DNA from: Gammaproteobacteria bacterium | GTDB taxonomy: Bacteria; Pseudomonadota; Gammaproteobacteria; SZUA-229 | Length of the DNA stretch: 64,000 nucleotides | Reading direction: 5' to 3' | Assembly: GCA_013041745.1 (NCBI GenBank) | Contig: JABDRN010000026.1 | Span: 4,652-68,651 of the forward strand | In this document: piece by piece, positions 19,123 through 29,993 of the stretch | Layout of the letters: each line of letters begins with the position of its first letter | Numbering within the stretch: position 1 is the first letter of the stretch | The notes under the pieces: generated by a model | What the model saw: the letters and a program-made list of their open reading frames with translations, nothing else | Databases searched by the model: none | What the model was told of the DNA's origin: nothing | Made by a program: the position numbers and the translations under genes

Positions 19123-19171
19123 TCAAGCCTGTGTCTGCTGAAGGTGTAGTCATTCATCATTTATTTCTGAT

Positions 19172-19693
19172 ATGAAAACAAGACGTTTATTTTTTGCATT
19201 ATGGCCTCCCGATAGCGTCAGACAATCGATCATTAAGGCTTCTAAGCCGTCAATGCATAAATTGAAAGGGCGTATCATCAAGCCGGACAGGCTGCATATC
19301 ACACTGCATTTTATCGGTCCGGTTAATGATGATGTCAGACAGTGCATGCATGAAGCGGCGCTAACCGTGTCCGGCAAATCCTTTGATCTCAAGCTGGACT
19401 ATCTCGGACAGTTTTTCAGGGCAAGGATACTCTGGCTGGGAGCACGCGTAATACCCGTCGAACTCAGCGAGTTGCACAAGGATCTTGGCCAGGCGTTATC
19501 AGCATGCGGTTATCAATGTGATAGACGGCCCTTCAGTCCCCATATAACCCTGATGAGGAAGTGCATAAAACCCGTTAAACATCAGCCTGAAATCAGCATA
19601 CCATGGAGGATAGAAAAGTTTGTGCTGGTCGAGTCAGTGCAGGATGAAACAGGCGTTAGTTATCAGGTCCTGGAAAAATATTCATTGAAGTAA
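19172..19693 (+). CDS. thpR: RNA 2',3'-cyclic phosphodiesterase ThpR (2H phosphoesterase, LigT-like)
   Basis: 173 aa with two HxT motifs (HITLHF and HITLMR) at the spacing typical of the 2H family, and an RLFFALWP N-terminus. Confidence 0.8.
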   Translation: MKTRRLFFALWPPDSVRQSIIKASKPSMHKLKGRIIKPDRLHITLHFIGPVNDDVRQCMHEAALTVSGKSFDLKLDYLGQFFRARILWLGARVIPVELSELHKDLGQALSACGYQCDRRPFSPHITLMRKCIKPVKHQPEISIPWRIEKFVLVESVQDETGVSYQVLEKYSLK

Positions 19694-19911
19694 CCGAAGC
19701 CTTGGTAAATCATGCGGGCAATCGCGGTTTGCAGAACCGCTCCTACGCGGAGGTACAGTCCTGTAGCAGCGGAATTTATTCGGCGATAACAAACCTTTTG
19801 ACACTCACCGGTGCCATCTCAAAGAAAGTGAGGATTCTTCAGCTAAAACACATGCTGAAAATACGATAAACTAGTCTGTCTCGGAGCTTATTAAATATCA
19901 CAAAAGTATTT

Positions 19912-21747
19912 ATGACAACAGACAGTCGAATTCAGCCGATGCCAGTACAGCTGGTCAACCAGATCGCTGCCGGCGAAGTCGTGGAACGGCCTGCCTCAGT
20001 CGTAAAAGAGCTTCTCGAAAACAGCCTGGATGCCGGTGCTACTAAGATCAGTATTGACATCGAAAAAGGCGGCACTAAGCTGATCCGCATTACAGATAAT
20101 GGCCACGGTATCCATAAAGATGATCTGGTGCTGTCGCTATCACCCCATGCCACCAGTAAGATTCACTCGATCGATGACCTGGAAAAAGTACGTAGCCTGG
20201 GGTTTCGTGGTGAGGCCCTGCCGAGTATTGCCTCAGTGAGCCAGCTGCAACTGACATCATGCTGGAATGGTGCTGATGAGACATGGCAGCTGACGATGAA
20301 TAATAGCCAGGCCAGTGATATTGCACCTGCCGCGAATAAACCGGGTACCACTGTCGAAGTACGTGACCTGTTCTTCAATATCCCGGCGAGGCGTAAATTT
20401 TTACGGACAGAGAAAACAGAATTCTCTCATCTCGATGATGTCGTGAAACGGATATCATTGAGCCATTTCGGTGTCGACATTACATTACGGCACAACCAGC
20501 GGGTGGTCAAAGCCCTGTCTGCAGCGAATAGCCGAATCGAGCAGGAGAAACGCATCGCCGAACTACTTGGACCGGCATTTATCGAACAGGCTGTACATAT
20601 AGATTTTGAATATGAGGGCCTGCGCCTCTGGGGCTGGATTGCTCAGCCGACTTTTTCGCGCAGTCAGGCAGATATGCAGTATTTTTACGTCAACGGTCGG
20701 GTCGTCAAAGACAGGCTGGTTAGCCATGCGGTGAGGCAGGCTTATGCTGATGTACTATTCCATGGCAGACACCCGGCATATGTATTGTTTTTTGAATGCG
20801 ACCCTGTGATAGTCGATGTCAATGCGCACCCTGGTAAACACGAGGTGCGTTTTCGACAGGGCCGTCAGGTACATGATTTTCTGTTCCGTGCCATACATAA
20901 AAGTCTTGCAGAGGTCAGTGCGGGGGATGCACGTTCGCATGACTTTCAGCATTTTTCCAGCACGCCAGCAGCGTCTGCTGATGAGACAACTGCGGCAGGC
21001 ACAAACAGTTCTTCTGTCGATAACCGTTATAGCAGCCAGTATCATGGCAGCCAGCCATCGCAGGCTTCGATGCCATTCGCCGTCGCAGAACAACGGCGCA
21101 GTTATGCTGAATTCTTACCAGGCACTGGCAGGCAACCGATGCCCGATGAGGCTATGCGGGAGATGCCTGCACTTGGTTTCGCCCGAGCGCAGCTTCATGG
21201 TATCTATATACTGGCAGAAAACGCAGAGGGACTTGTGCTGGTCGATATGCATGCGGCCCATGAGCGGATCACCTATGAGCGATTAAAAACCGCACGTGAA
21301 GGCGCTGGCATTCAATCACAGCCGTTGCTGGTGCCGATTACGATGTCTGTCAGTGCTAAAGAGGCTCAGCTGGTCGAAGAGGCCTCGAATATATTCAGTC
21401 AGCTAGGGTTCGAAGTCGACAGGGTCGCCGATGAAAGCATCAAGTTACGTCAGATTCCAGTCATATTATCGAACAGTGATGTCGAGATGCTGACGCGTGA
21501 TGTGCTCTCAGATCTGCTGACACATGGTACCAGTTCAAGGATCCAGCAGGAGCTCAATGAGATCCTCTCCACGATGGCATGTCACGGTTCGGTGAGAGCT
21601 AATCGCAAGTTGAGCATCGAAGAGATGAACGCGCTATTGCGTGACATGGAGACGACCGAGCGAAGCGGGCAGTGTAATCACGGTCGACCGACATGGATCC
21701 AGCTGACTATTGCCGAGCTGGACAAGCTGTTCATGCGCGGACGTTAA
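19912..21747 (+). CDS. mutL: DNA mismatch repair endonuclease/ATPase MutL
   Basis: 611 aa with a GHKL ATPase N-terminus (IAAGEVVERPASVVKELLENSLDAGAT, ITDNGHGI, GFRGEAL) and a MutL C-terminal dimerisation domain. Confidence 0.95.
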   Translation: MTTDSRIQPMPVQLVNQIAAGEVVERPASVVKELLENSLDAGATKISIDIEKGGTKLIRITDNGHGIHKDDLVLSLSPHATSKIHSIDDLEKVRSLGFRGEALPSIASVSQLQLTSCWNGADETWQLTMNNSQASDIAPAANKPGTTVEVRDLFFNIPARRKFLRTEKTEFSHLDDVVKRISLSHFGVDITLRHNQRVVKALSAANSRIEQEKRIAELLGPAFIEQAVHIDFEYEGLRLWGWIAQPTFSRSQADMQYFYVNGRVVKDRLVSHAVRQAYADVLFHGRHPAYVLFFECDPVIVDVNAHPGKHEVRFRQGRQVHDFLFRAIHKSLAEVSAGDARSHDFQHFSSTPAASADETTAAGTNSSSVDNRYSSQYHGSQPSQASMPFAVAEQRRSYAEFLPGTGRQPMPDEAMREMPALGFARAQLHGIYILAENAEGLVLVDMHAAHERITYERLKTAREGAGIQSQPLLVPITMSVSAKEAQLVEEASNIFSQLGFEVDRVADESIKLRQIPVILSNSDVEMLTRDVLSDLLTHGTSSRIQQELNEILSTMACHGSVRANRKLSIEEMNALLRDMETTERSGQCNHGRPTWIQLTIAELDKLFMRGR

Positions 21748-21764
21748 CACTCCTGCACTATATA

Positions 21765-22751
21765 ATGAGTGATCTAATAATTCAGCCGGGTGAATCCAGA
21801 GAGTCTCCGATAACGATCTTTATCATGGGGGCTACCGCCACAGGAAAGACCGATCTTGCGATGGCCATATCCAGTGAGCTGAGAGAGGATTTGCCTTGTG
21901 AGCTGATCAGTGTCGACTCGGCCCTGGTTTATCGCGGCATGGATATCGGTACTGCGAAACCGGATGCACAGACACTGAAAGATTTCCCGCATCATCTGAT
22001 CGATATGATCGATCCGGCAGAAGTATATTCTGCAGGACAGTTTCGCCAAGATGCTCTGCGACTGATGCAGAAGATAAGTGATAAGTGGAGTATCCCGGTA
22101 CTCGTCGGAGGCACTATGCTTTACTTCAATACCCTGCAGAAAGGTATGGCTGATATGCCAGAGGTTAGTGATAAGGTAAAAAAGTCGATTGAAGCAGAGG
22201 CTAGAACCGATGGCATCGGTGCTATGCATCAGCGTTTGAAGAGTATCGATCCAGTATCAGCGGAACGGATTCACCCTAACGATCCGCAGAGGATTAAGCG
22301 TGCACTTGAACTCTTTGATTTTACAGGGAAAACATTGACCCAGTTCTGGCAGGAGCAGGAGCAAAAGCAATTAGTTAACTGTTTTCCGTATCGCCGAATA
22401 AAGATCGCTTTAATGCCCGATGACCGTGTCGAGCTGCGTAAGCGTATAACGAAACGCTTCGACATGATGCTCAAGCAGGGCTTTATCGAAGAAGTTGAAG
22501 CTCTGTATAATCGGGGTGACCTGCATGCCGGGATGCCCTCGATACGGGCTGTCGGTTATCGTCAGGCCTGGTCGTACCTGGCGGGTGAATACGATTTTGA
22601 TGAGATGAGAGACAGGGCCATAATAGCGACAGCTCAGCTGGCAAAGAGACAGATGACCTGGCTACGCAAGGAGTCTGATTGCAATTTTATTGATCCAATT
22701 GCATTAAATACTCCGAAAGTGCTGAAAAACCTCAAAATTTTACTATCATAA
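21765..22751 (+). CDS. miaA: tRNA dimethylallyltransferase MiaA
   Basis: It has P-loop GATATGKT, DSALVYRGMDIGTAKP and a conserved C-terminal region. I prefer ATG 21765 over the track start 21693, which overlaps mutL by 55 nt. Confidence 0.92.
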   Translation: MSDLIIQPGESRESPITIFIMGATATGKTDLAMAISSELREDLPCELISVDSALVYRGMDIGTAKPDAQTLKDFPHHLIDMIDPAEVYSAGQFRQDALRLMQKISDKWSIPVLVGGTMLYFNTLQKGMADMPEVSDKVKKSIEAEARTDGIGAMHQRLKSIDPVSAERIHPNDPQRIKRALELFDFTGKTLTQFWQEQEQKQLVNCFPYRRIKIALMPDDRVELRKRITKRFDMMLKQGFIEEVEALYNRGDLHAGMPSIRAVGYRQAWSYLAGEYDFDEMRDRAIIATAQLAKRQMTWLRKESDCNFIDPIALNTPKVLKNLKILLS

Positions 22752-22838
22752 GGGGGTGACAACTGCATGTGATCAGAACTGATTACTGTTAGATATGTCT
22801 ATACCCTAAACATAAAAACAATAAATGGGGAATCAACT

Positions 22839-23099
22839 ATGTCAAAGGGGCACCACTTACAAGACCCTTATTTAAACGCGCTCAGAAAAGAGAGAGTACC
22901 AGTCTCTATCTTTTTGGTGAACGGAATTAAATTGCAGGGGCAAATCGAATCTTTCGACCAGTTTGCAGTGCTGTTGAAAAACACAGTCACGCAGATGGTC
23001 TACAAACACGCTATTTCTACCGTGGTGCCATCACGCCAGATCAAATGGAGTGACGAGAGCGATACTGACAGCCATGGTAACAGTATGGATGGTAATTGA
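22839..23099 (+). CDS. hfq: RNA chaperone Hfq
   Basis: 86 aa. [64 protein letters not shown] is a canonical Sm-like Hfq core. Confidence 0.97.
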   Translation: MSKGHHLQDPYLNALRKERVPVSIFLVNGIKLQGQIESFDQFAVLLKNTVTQMVYKHAISTVVPSRQIKWSDESDTDSHGNSMDGN

Positions 23100-23148
23100 G
23101 TATAATTACCGGGTCGATATGAAATGGTCGCATAGCGACCATTTTTTT

Positions 23149-23304
23149 TGCCCACATGGAAGTGGGCAAGGGGCGAGAGCATATGACCATGGATGGTCGG
23201 TATTAGAGCAATGCAGGAGCGATTGCCGAGGACGCGGTAGCTTTGCCCACATGGAAGTGGGCAAGGGGCGAGAGCAGGACGCGGTAGCTTTGCCACATGG
23301 AAGT
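23149..23304 (+). repeat. Hairpin-containing direct/tandem repeats in the hfq-hflX spacer
   Basis: TGCCCACATGGAAGTGGGCAAGGGGCGAGAGCA occurs at 23149-23181 and 23244-23276. The 47-nt unit GGACGCGGTAGCTTTGCCCACATGGAAGTGGGCAAGGGGCGAGAGCA (23230-23276) is followed by a partial copy at 23277-23304 with a 1-nt deletion. Each unit contains the 8-bp stem TTGCCCAC/GTGGGCAA. Confidence 0.85.
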
Positions 23305-23427
23305 ACAAAATAACCTTATTCATTATTGAGCAGTGACAGCTCAGGCGAATAATTAACCTTTATCGATGTCGATCCGGCATCATCGACAGCTTTAACAACC
23401 ATACTAAAAGATTGAATTGATTAGAAA

Positions 23428-24714
23428 ATGCTAGACATCGAACGCGTCGAAGGCGGTAACCGGGCAATCCTTGTCCATATGGATATCTATGATGATGCGC
23501 ACCGTGAGAACCTCTCAGAATTCAAGGAGCTGGTGGTGTCATCCGGTGCGGAGATCATGGCAATCACCACTACGAGTCGCCAGCGCGCTGACCCAAAGTA
23601 TTTCATCGGTAGCGGTAAGGCTCGAGAGATCGCGGAACTGGTAAAACAGTATGATGCTGATATCGTTCTATTTAACCATCAGTTGGCAGCGTCACAGGAA
23701 CGCAACCTGGAAAGGCTGGTAGAGTGCCGCGTGCTCGATCGTACCGGTCTCATCCTCGATATCTTTGCCCAGCGTGCACGTTCATTCGAAGGTAAGCTGC
23801 AGGTCGAGCTAGCACAGTTAAAACACCTCTCTACCCGCCTGGTCCGTGGCTGGACCCACCTGGAGAGACAGAAGGGTGGTATCGGTTTAAGAGGTCCGGG
23901 TGAAACCCAGCTTGAAACCGACCGCCGTTTACTCGGGTTGCGCATCAAGCAGATCAATAAACGCCTTGAAAAAGTAAAAAAACAGCGTGAACAGGGCAGG
24001 CAATCGCGTCAAAAAGCGGAGATAGCAACAGTCTCCCTGGTCGGTTATACCAATGCCGGAAAATCAAGCCTGTTCAATGTGCTGAGTGAAGATCAGGTCT
24101 ATGTGCAAGACCAGCTGTTTGCGACACTGGATCCAACACTTCGGCGTGTCGATCTGGCGCGCGATGTCTCGATCATACTGGCTGATACGGTCGGTTTCAT
24201 ACGCCACCTGCCGCATGATCTGGTCACTGCTTTTCGTTCCACATTACAGGAGACTGTAGAAGCGCAATTGTTACTGCATGTGATTGATTCAGCAGATGAA
24301 AATCGCGATGCCAATATTCATGAAGTAGACAAGGTGCTGGCACAGATAGGGGCTGATGAGATCGCTACTATCCAGGTGATGAATAAAATAGATCTAACAG
24401 GTACAAAGCCAAGGATTGATTATGCAGATGACGGTAGTGTGAAACGTATCTGGCTATCCGTTGAATCCGGTGATGGTCTCGACCTGCTCAAACAGACCCT
24501 GGTCGACCAGTTCAGGGAGAAGATGGTGGAAGGCAAGCTGGTATTATCGCCAGCAGATGCCCGCATTCGCGCAAGGTTATTTGAAGCGGGCGCTATCAGG
24601 GAAGAAAAGATCGACGAAGAAGGACAGTTTTTACTGCAGATCAGCATGTCTCGCCGGGATTTAAATCAATTTGAGTCGCGAGAACAGGTTCATCTGGAAT
24701 CGATGTTGTCATAA
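23428..24714 (+). CDS. hflX: Ribosome-associated GTPase HflX
   Basis: 428 aa with an HflX N-domain (GKLQVELAQLKHL, GPGETQLETDRR) and a G domain (GYTNAGKSSLFN, DTVGF, NKID). Confidence 0.95.
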   Translation: MLDIERVEGGNRAILVHMDIYDDAHRENLSEFKELVVSSGAEIMAITTTSRQRADPKYFIGSGKAREIAELVKQYDADIVLFNHQLAASQERNLERLVECRVLDRTGLILDIFAQRARSFEGKLQVELAQLKHLSTRLVRGWTHLERQKGGIGLRGPGETQLETDRRLLGLRIKQINKRLEKVKKQREQGRQSRQKAEIATVSLVGYTNAGKSSLFNVLSEDQVYVQDQLFATLDPTLRRVDLARDVSIILADTVGFIRHLPHDLVTAFRSTLQETVEAQLLLHVIDSADENRDANIHEVDKVLAQIGADEIATIQVMNKIDLTGTKPRIDYADDGSVKRIWLSVESGDGLDLLKQTLVDQFREKMVEGKLVLSPADARIRARLFEAGAIREEKIDEEGQFLLQISMSRRDLNQFESREQVHLESMLS

Positions 24715-24910
24715 GTAACTGCAAAAATCTTAGGAGTACTGCGTGTCTCTGCAGTAAAAAGCTTTTAATGATTAATTATTCAGGTAGAATTACGCGTTTG
24801 CGGCCTTGATAAATAAGATAACGGCCATAAATCATAACTGATTGTGACAATTTGGAAACCAACTTATGCGAAAGCAAGATGATTTGACTCCAGAGATGGG
24901 GAAGCAGGAC

Positions 24911-26083
24911 ATGGCCTGGAATGAACCCGGCGGTAATGGTGATAAAGACCCATGGGGCGGTAATCGAGGCAATCGAGGCAACCAGGGGCCGCCTGATCTG
25001 GACGAGGTCTTCAAGAACCTGCAGAAGAAATTCGGCAGTCTTTTCGGTGGCAAAGGCGGCCGGTCCAGCGGCGGTGGCAGCGGTGTTGCCGGCGGTGGCT
25101 TTGGCATCGGAGTCGTCATCGTCATACTCCTGCTTTTCTGGATAGCAACCGGCTTCTACAAGGTCGAGGAAGCTGAGCGAGGTGTCGTTTTCCGATTTGG
25201 TAAACATGTCGAGACCACACAGAGAGGCCTGCACTGGCACCTGCCTGTGCCGATCGAACGCGTCGAAAAAGTCGACGTTACCAAGGTCCATACCATCCCG
25301 TTGAATTCCACCATGTTGACCCAGGATGAGAATATCGTGGATATCCTCGGTACCGTGCAGTATCAGATCGATGATGCGGAAAAATATCTTTTCAATGTAA
25401 GAGCTCCCGAGCTCTCGTTGACACAGGTCACGGAAAGCGCCCTACGTGAAAGTATTGGTCGCAGCAAGATGGACTATGTCATCACCGAAGGTCGTGGTGA
25501 AATCGCGATACAGGTCAAAGGCATCATCCAGGGTATCGTAAATAATTACGAGACAGGCCTTAACATTTTCAAAGTTAACATCCAGAGTGCCAAGCCGCCT
25601 GAGGCAGTGAAAGATGCATTCGATGATGTAACGCAGGCGCGAGAGGATGAAGAGCGTTTCAAGAATGAAGCGGAAGCTTATCGTAACGAAGTGCTGCCAA
25701 AGGCACGTGGTGCAGCGGCACGTTTGCGTGAAGAGGCCGAAGCATACAAGAACGAGGTAATCGCCAGGGCTGAAGGTGAAGCTGAACGATTTGAACAACT
25801 GTTAAAAGAATATAACAAAGCGCCAGAGGTTACTCGTGAGCGTCTCTACCTTGAGATGATGGAGTCAGTGCTGAGTAACAGCTCTAAAGTCATGGTCGAT
25901 GTCGAAGGCGGCAACAACCTGCTTTACCTGCCCCTGGATAAACTGATGGAGCGTCATACTACTGGAAAAACACAGGATCAGCAGGATGCGGCCGATATAA
26001 TGGAAGGTATCCAGCAGCGTGCAGCGTCAAAGAATAACCAGAGAAACAGAATAGAAAGTCTGCGTACAAGAGGTACACGATAA
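24911..26083 (+). CDS. hflK: FtsH protease modulator HflK
   Basis: The N-terminus MAWNEPGGNGDKDPWGG matches the E. coli HflK N-terminus (MAWNQPG...), and an SPFH/band-7 domain is present. I prefer ATG 24911, preceded by GGGGA, over the track start 24866. Confidence 0.93.
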   Translation: MAWNEPGGNGDKDPWGGNRGNRGNQGPPDLDEVFKNLQKKFGSLFGGKGGRSSGGGSGVAGGGFGIGVVIVILLLFWIATGFYKVEEAERGVVFRFGKHVETTQRGLHWHLPVPIERVEKVDVTKVHTIPLNSTMLTQDENIVDILGTVQYQIDDAEKYLFNVRAPELSLTQVTESALRESIGRSKMDYVITEGRGEIAIQVKGIIQGIVNNYETGLNIFKVNIQSAKPPEAVKDAFDDVTQAREDEERFKNEAEAYRNEVLPKARGAAARLREEAEAYKNEVIARAEGEAERFEQLLKEYNKAPEVTRERLYLEMMESVLSNSSKVMVDVEGGNNLLYLPLDKLMERHTTGKTQDQQDAADIMEGIQQRAASKNNQRNRIESLRTRGTR

Positions 26084-26952
26084 TGTTAGTTAATAGTTTA
26101 AAAATTATTGTACCTGTATTTGCCTTACTGGCGTGGGCATCATTGTTTACAGTTGATGAGCGCCAGGAAGCCATACTGTTCCAGTTCGGTGAAATCATCG
26201 AAGCCGATTTCGAGCCGGGACTTCATTTCAAAATACCGTTTATCAATAATGTCAGAAAGTTCGATAATCGTATCCTGACTATCGACCAGAAACCTGAGCG
26301 ATTCCTTACCCAGGAGAAAAAAGACCTGATCGTTGATTCCTATGTGAAGTGGCGCATCGCTGATGTGGTTCAGTATTACAAGACCACGCAGGGTGATGAA
26401 CTGACTGCCGGTCGTCTGCTCTACGAGAACATCAATAATGGTCTTCGTGATGAGTTCGGTAAGCGGACGATCCAGGAGATCATCTCGGGTGACCGTACCC
26501 AGATCATGGAGCTGATGACCCAGCAGGCGTCAAAGCGTGCCAAAACACTTGGTCTCGATGTGATTGATGTTCGCGTCAAGAAGGTCGATTATCCGGAACG
26601 AGTCAGTAACTCGGTCTACCAGCGTATGCGTGCTGAACGTGAGCGTGAAGCAACCGATTTTCGCTCGAAGGGACATGAAGCCTCGGAACGAATCCAGGCT
26701 GATGCTGACCGTCAGCGTAGCATCTTGCTTGCCGAGGCTTACCGTGACTCTGAGATCGCACGAGGTGAAGGTGATGCACGTGCTACCGAGATATATGCCG
26801 AGGCGTTCAATAAAGATAGAGAGTTTTACAAGTTCACACGAAGCCTGACGGCATACCAGGAAACCTTTTCAAACTCTGGTGATGTGATTTTACTGCAGCC
26901 GGATTCAGAGTATTTCCGTTTCTTCAAAGATCCGACAGGTAAAACTAAGTAA
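26083..26952 (+). CDS. hflC: FtsH protease modulator HflC
   Basis: 289-aa SPFH-domain protein whose start overlaps the hflK stop, with an N-terminal membrane anchor. Confidence 0.93.
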   Translation: MLVNSLKIIVPVFALLAWASLFTVDERQEAILFQFGEIIEADFEPGLHFKIPFINNVRKFDNRILTIDQKPERFLTQEKKDLIVDSYVKWRIADVVQYYKTTQGDELTAGRLLYENINNGLRDEFGKRTIQEIISGDRTQIMELMTQQASKRAKTLGLDVIDVRVKKVDYPERVSNSVYQRMRAEREREATDFRSKGHEASERIQADADRQRSILLAEAYRDSEIARGEGDARATEIYAEAFNKDREFYKFTRSLTAYQETFSNSGDVILLQPDSEYFRFFKDPTGKTK

Positions 26953-26955
26953 ACA

Positions 26956-27141
26956 ATGTGGGACAGTATAATTCCAGCACTGGCGCTGGTGCTGGTGATA
27001 GAAGGCATGTTGCCTTTCCTGAGCCCGAAAAGCTGGCGTGATGCCATGTCACAGGCAGCTCAGCTGCCAGATAATGTGTTAAGAAGCATGGGCTTCATCA
27101 GTATGCTGGCAGGCGTGGTTATCCTTTACCTGGTTCAATAA
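26956..27141 (+). CDS. yjeT: DUF2065 small membrane protein (YjeT family)
   Basis: 61 aa. ALALVLVIEGMLPFLSPKSWRDAM...LPDNVLR parallels E. coli YjeT, and it holds the conserved position after hflC. Confidence 0.8.
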   Translation: MWDSIIPALALVLVIEGMLPFLSPKSWRDAMSQAAQLPDNVLRSMGFISMLAGVVILYLVQ

Positions 27142-27175
27142 TGCTGTTCCTGCTTGAACGGTAATAACAATAATT

Positions 27176-28354
27176 ATGACAACGAAACAACACTGGATAT
27201 TACCTGAGGGTATAGAAGAAGTTCTGCCTGAACAGGCAGCAAGGTTGGAAGCGATGCGTCGCTTATTGCTCGATCTTTATGCCACCTGGGGCTATGAGCT
27301 GGTGATGCCACCGACCATCGATTTCATCGAATCACTATTGACCGGTACCGGGCATGACCTTGATCTGCAGACCTTCAAGCTCGTCGATCAGATGTCAGGA
27401 CGGACTCTCGGCCTGAGGGCAGACATGACCCCGCAGGTCGCACGCATTGATGTTCACCAGCTAAGAAGAGATGTACCGACGCGCCTGTGTTATATGGGTA
27501 CAGTATTGCGTACGCGTCCAGAGTCGATCGGTGATAGCCGCAGCCCGCTGCAGGTGGGAGCTGAGTTGTATGGCCATGCAGGTGTTGAATCCGAAGTAGA
27601 AATCCTGGGCTTGATGTTGCAGACATTTTCTGCGCTGGGGATCGATGATATCTATCTCGACCTGGGAAATGTGGATATCTATCGCGGCCTGGCAGAGCAG
27701 GCGGGCCTGTCGTCAGAGATCGAGAGCCAGCTGTTCGATATGCTGCAGCGTAAAGCCGTTACCGAGATCAATACATTACTGGATTCTCTCGATATCGACG
27801 ACAAAGTCAAAACCATGCTGGCAGGATTGTCATCACTCAACGGTGATAGATCTGTAATTGCACATGCACGCGAATTACTTGCTGATGCCAATGATTCTGT
27901 GAAACTGGCTATCGATTACCTGGAAAAAACAGCAGAACTTATGTGGCAGCGCTACGGAGAGATCAAGGTGCACTTTGATCTTTCCGAACTGCATGGCTAT
28001 CACTACAAGACTGGTGTCGTGTTTGCTGCCTTCGTACCACAGCTGGGGCAAGCTATCGCACGTGGCGGCCGTTATGATGATATCGGAAAGATCTTCGGAC
28101 GTGCCCGTGCTGCCACCGGCTTCAGTACTGACCTGAAAGTATTGAGCCAGTTAGCCAGCAAGCATTTTACTGCTGCTGAAAAAATATTTGCGCCAGTCGA
28201 TGAATCGCCGGAGCTCAAAGAAAAAATCACCCAGTTGCGAAACGATGGCAATGTTGTCATCCAGCAGTTACCTGATGTGGAAGCTGATGCAGAGGCCATG
28301 GGTTGTAGTAGACGTCTTTGCCTGGTCGATGGGCAGTGGCTTGTGAAGGACTGA
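27176..28354 (+). CDS. hisZ: ATP phosphoribosyltransferase regulatory subunit HisZ
   Basis: 392 aa, a HisRS-like catalytic-core paralogue without an anticodon-binding domain (LPEGIEEVLP, RLCYMGTVLR, GGRYDDIG). The hisZ-purA pairing is common in gammaproteobacteria. Confidence 0.88.
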   Translation: MTTKQHWILPEGIEEVLPEQAARLEAMRRLLLDLYATWGYELVMPPTIDFIESLLTGTGHDLDLQTFKLVDQMSGRTLGLRADMTPQVARIDVHQLRRDVPTRLCYMGTVLRTRPESIGDSRSPLQVGAELYGHAGVESEVEILGLMLQTFSALGIDDIYLDLGNVDIYRGLAEQAGLSSEIESQLFDMLQRKAVTEINTLLDSLDIDDKVKTMLAGLSSLNGDRSVIAHARELLADANDSVKLAIDYLEKTAELMWQRYGEIKVHFDLSELHGYHYKTGVVFAAFVPQLGQAIARGGRYDDIGKIFGRARAATGFSTDLKVLSQLASKHFTAAEKIFAPVDESPELKEKITQLRNDGNVVIQQLPDVEADAEAMGCSRRLCLVDGQWLVKD

Positions 28355-28468
28355 ATAACAGTAGTGTTATTTCGACCAGAGGAAGAAATCTTAAACCTCA
28401 GTGTGCAAGATCCTGCATCCGGCTCATGATAAAAAATCAATTATCAATAAAAAATTTCAATTCTATAA

Positions 28469-29794
<1,326 letters not shown>

Positions 29795-29816
29795 GCCCGC
29801 AAGTCGGTAAATATAA

Positions 29817-29858
29817 CCTGCACCTGCAATTTAATTTCTATGCAGGTGCGGGATTTTT
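29817..29858 (+). terminator. Rho-independent terminator after purA
   Basis: A CCTGCACCTGCA-atttaatttcta-TGCAGGTGCGGG hairpin with one G-U pair is followed by ATTTTT. Confidence 0.6.
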
Positions 29859-29993
29859 ATCAATTTCAAGTGACAATTCCGTCTTTTTCTTGAACTTGTT
29901 ATATTTCTCTCCCTCAAAATAGCGATTGACTGGCAGTTATAAACTGACAGTAAATGGTTGATTCTATCGTAGATAAGAACTATTCTTTATATC

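Noticed and set aside
21693-21764. Upstream start for miaA that overlaps mutL by 55 nt.
   Set aside because: The conserved MiaA sequence begins shortly before the P-loop. ATG 21765 lies just after the mutL stop and gives a normal-length protein.
23149-23304. Possible CRISPR array in the hfq-hflX spacer, because of repeated units with internal palindromes.
   Set aside because: There are only about 2.5 copies. Two are directly tandem with no spacer, the single intervening segment is 48 nt, and no cas genes or leader are present. I treat it as a local repeat.
23000-23323. ORFs of 107 aa (minus strand) and 87 aa (plus strand, 23050-23313) in the hfq-hflX spacer.
   Set aside because: Their open frames are created by the repeat units and they partly overlap hfq. 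They have no RBS and no protein-like composition.
29880-29993. CusR-type or MerR-type operator upstream of the cus operon (two ACTGNCAGT palindromes around 29930-29955, near a TTGACT box).
   Set aside because: The match to any operator consensus I know is poor, and the -10 element is weak. I noted it but do not consider it strong enough to call.
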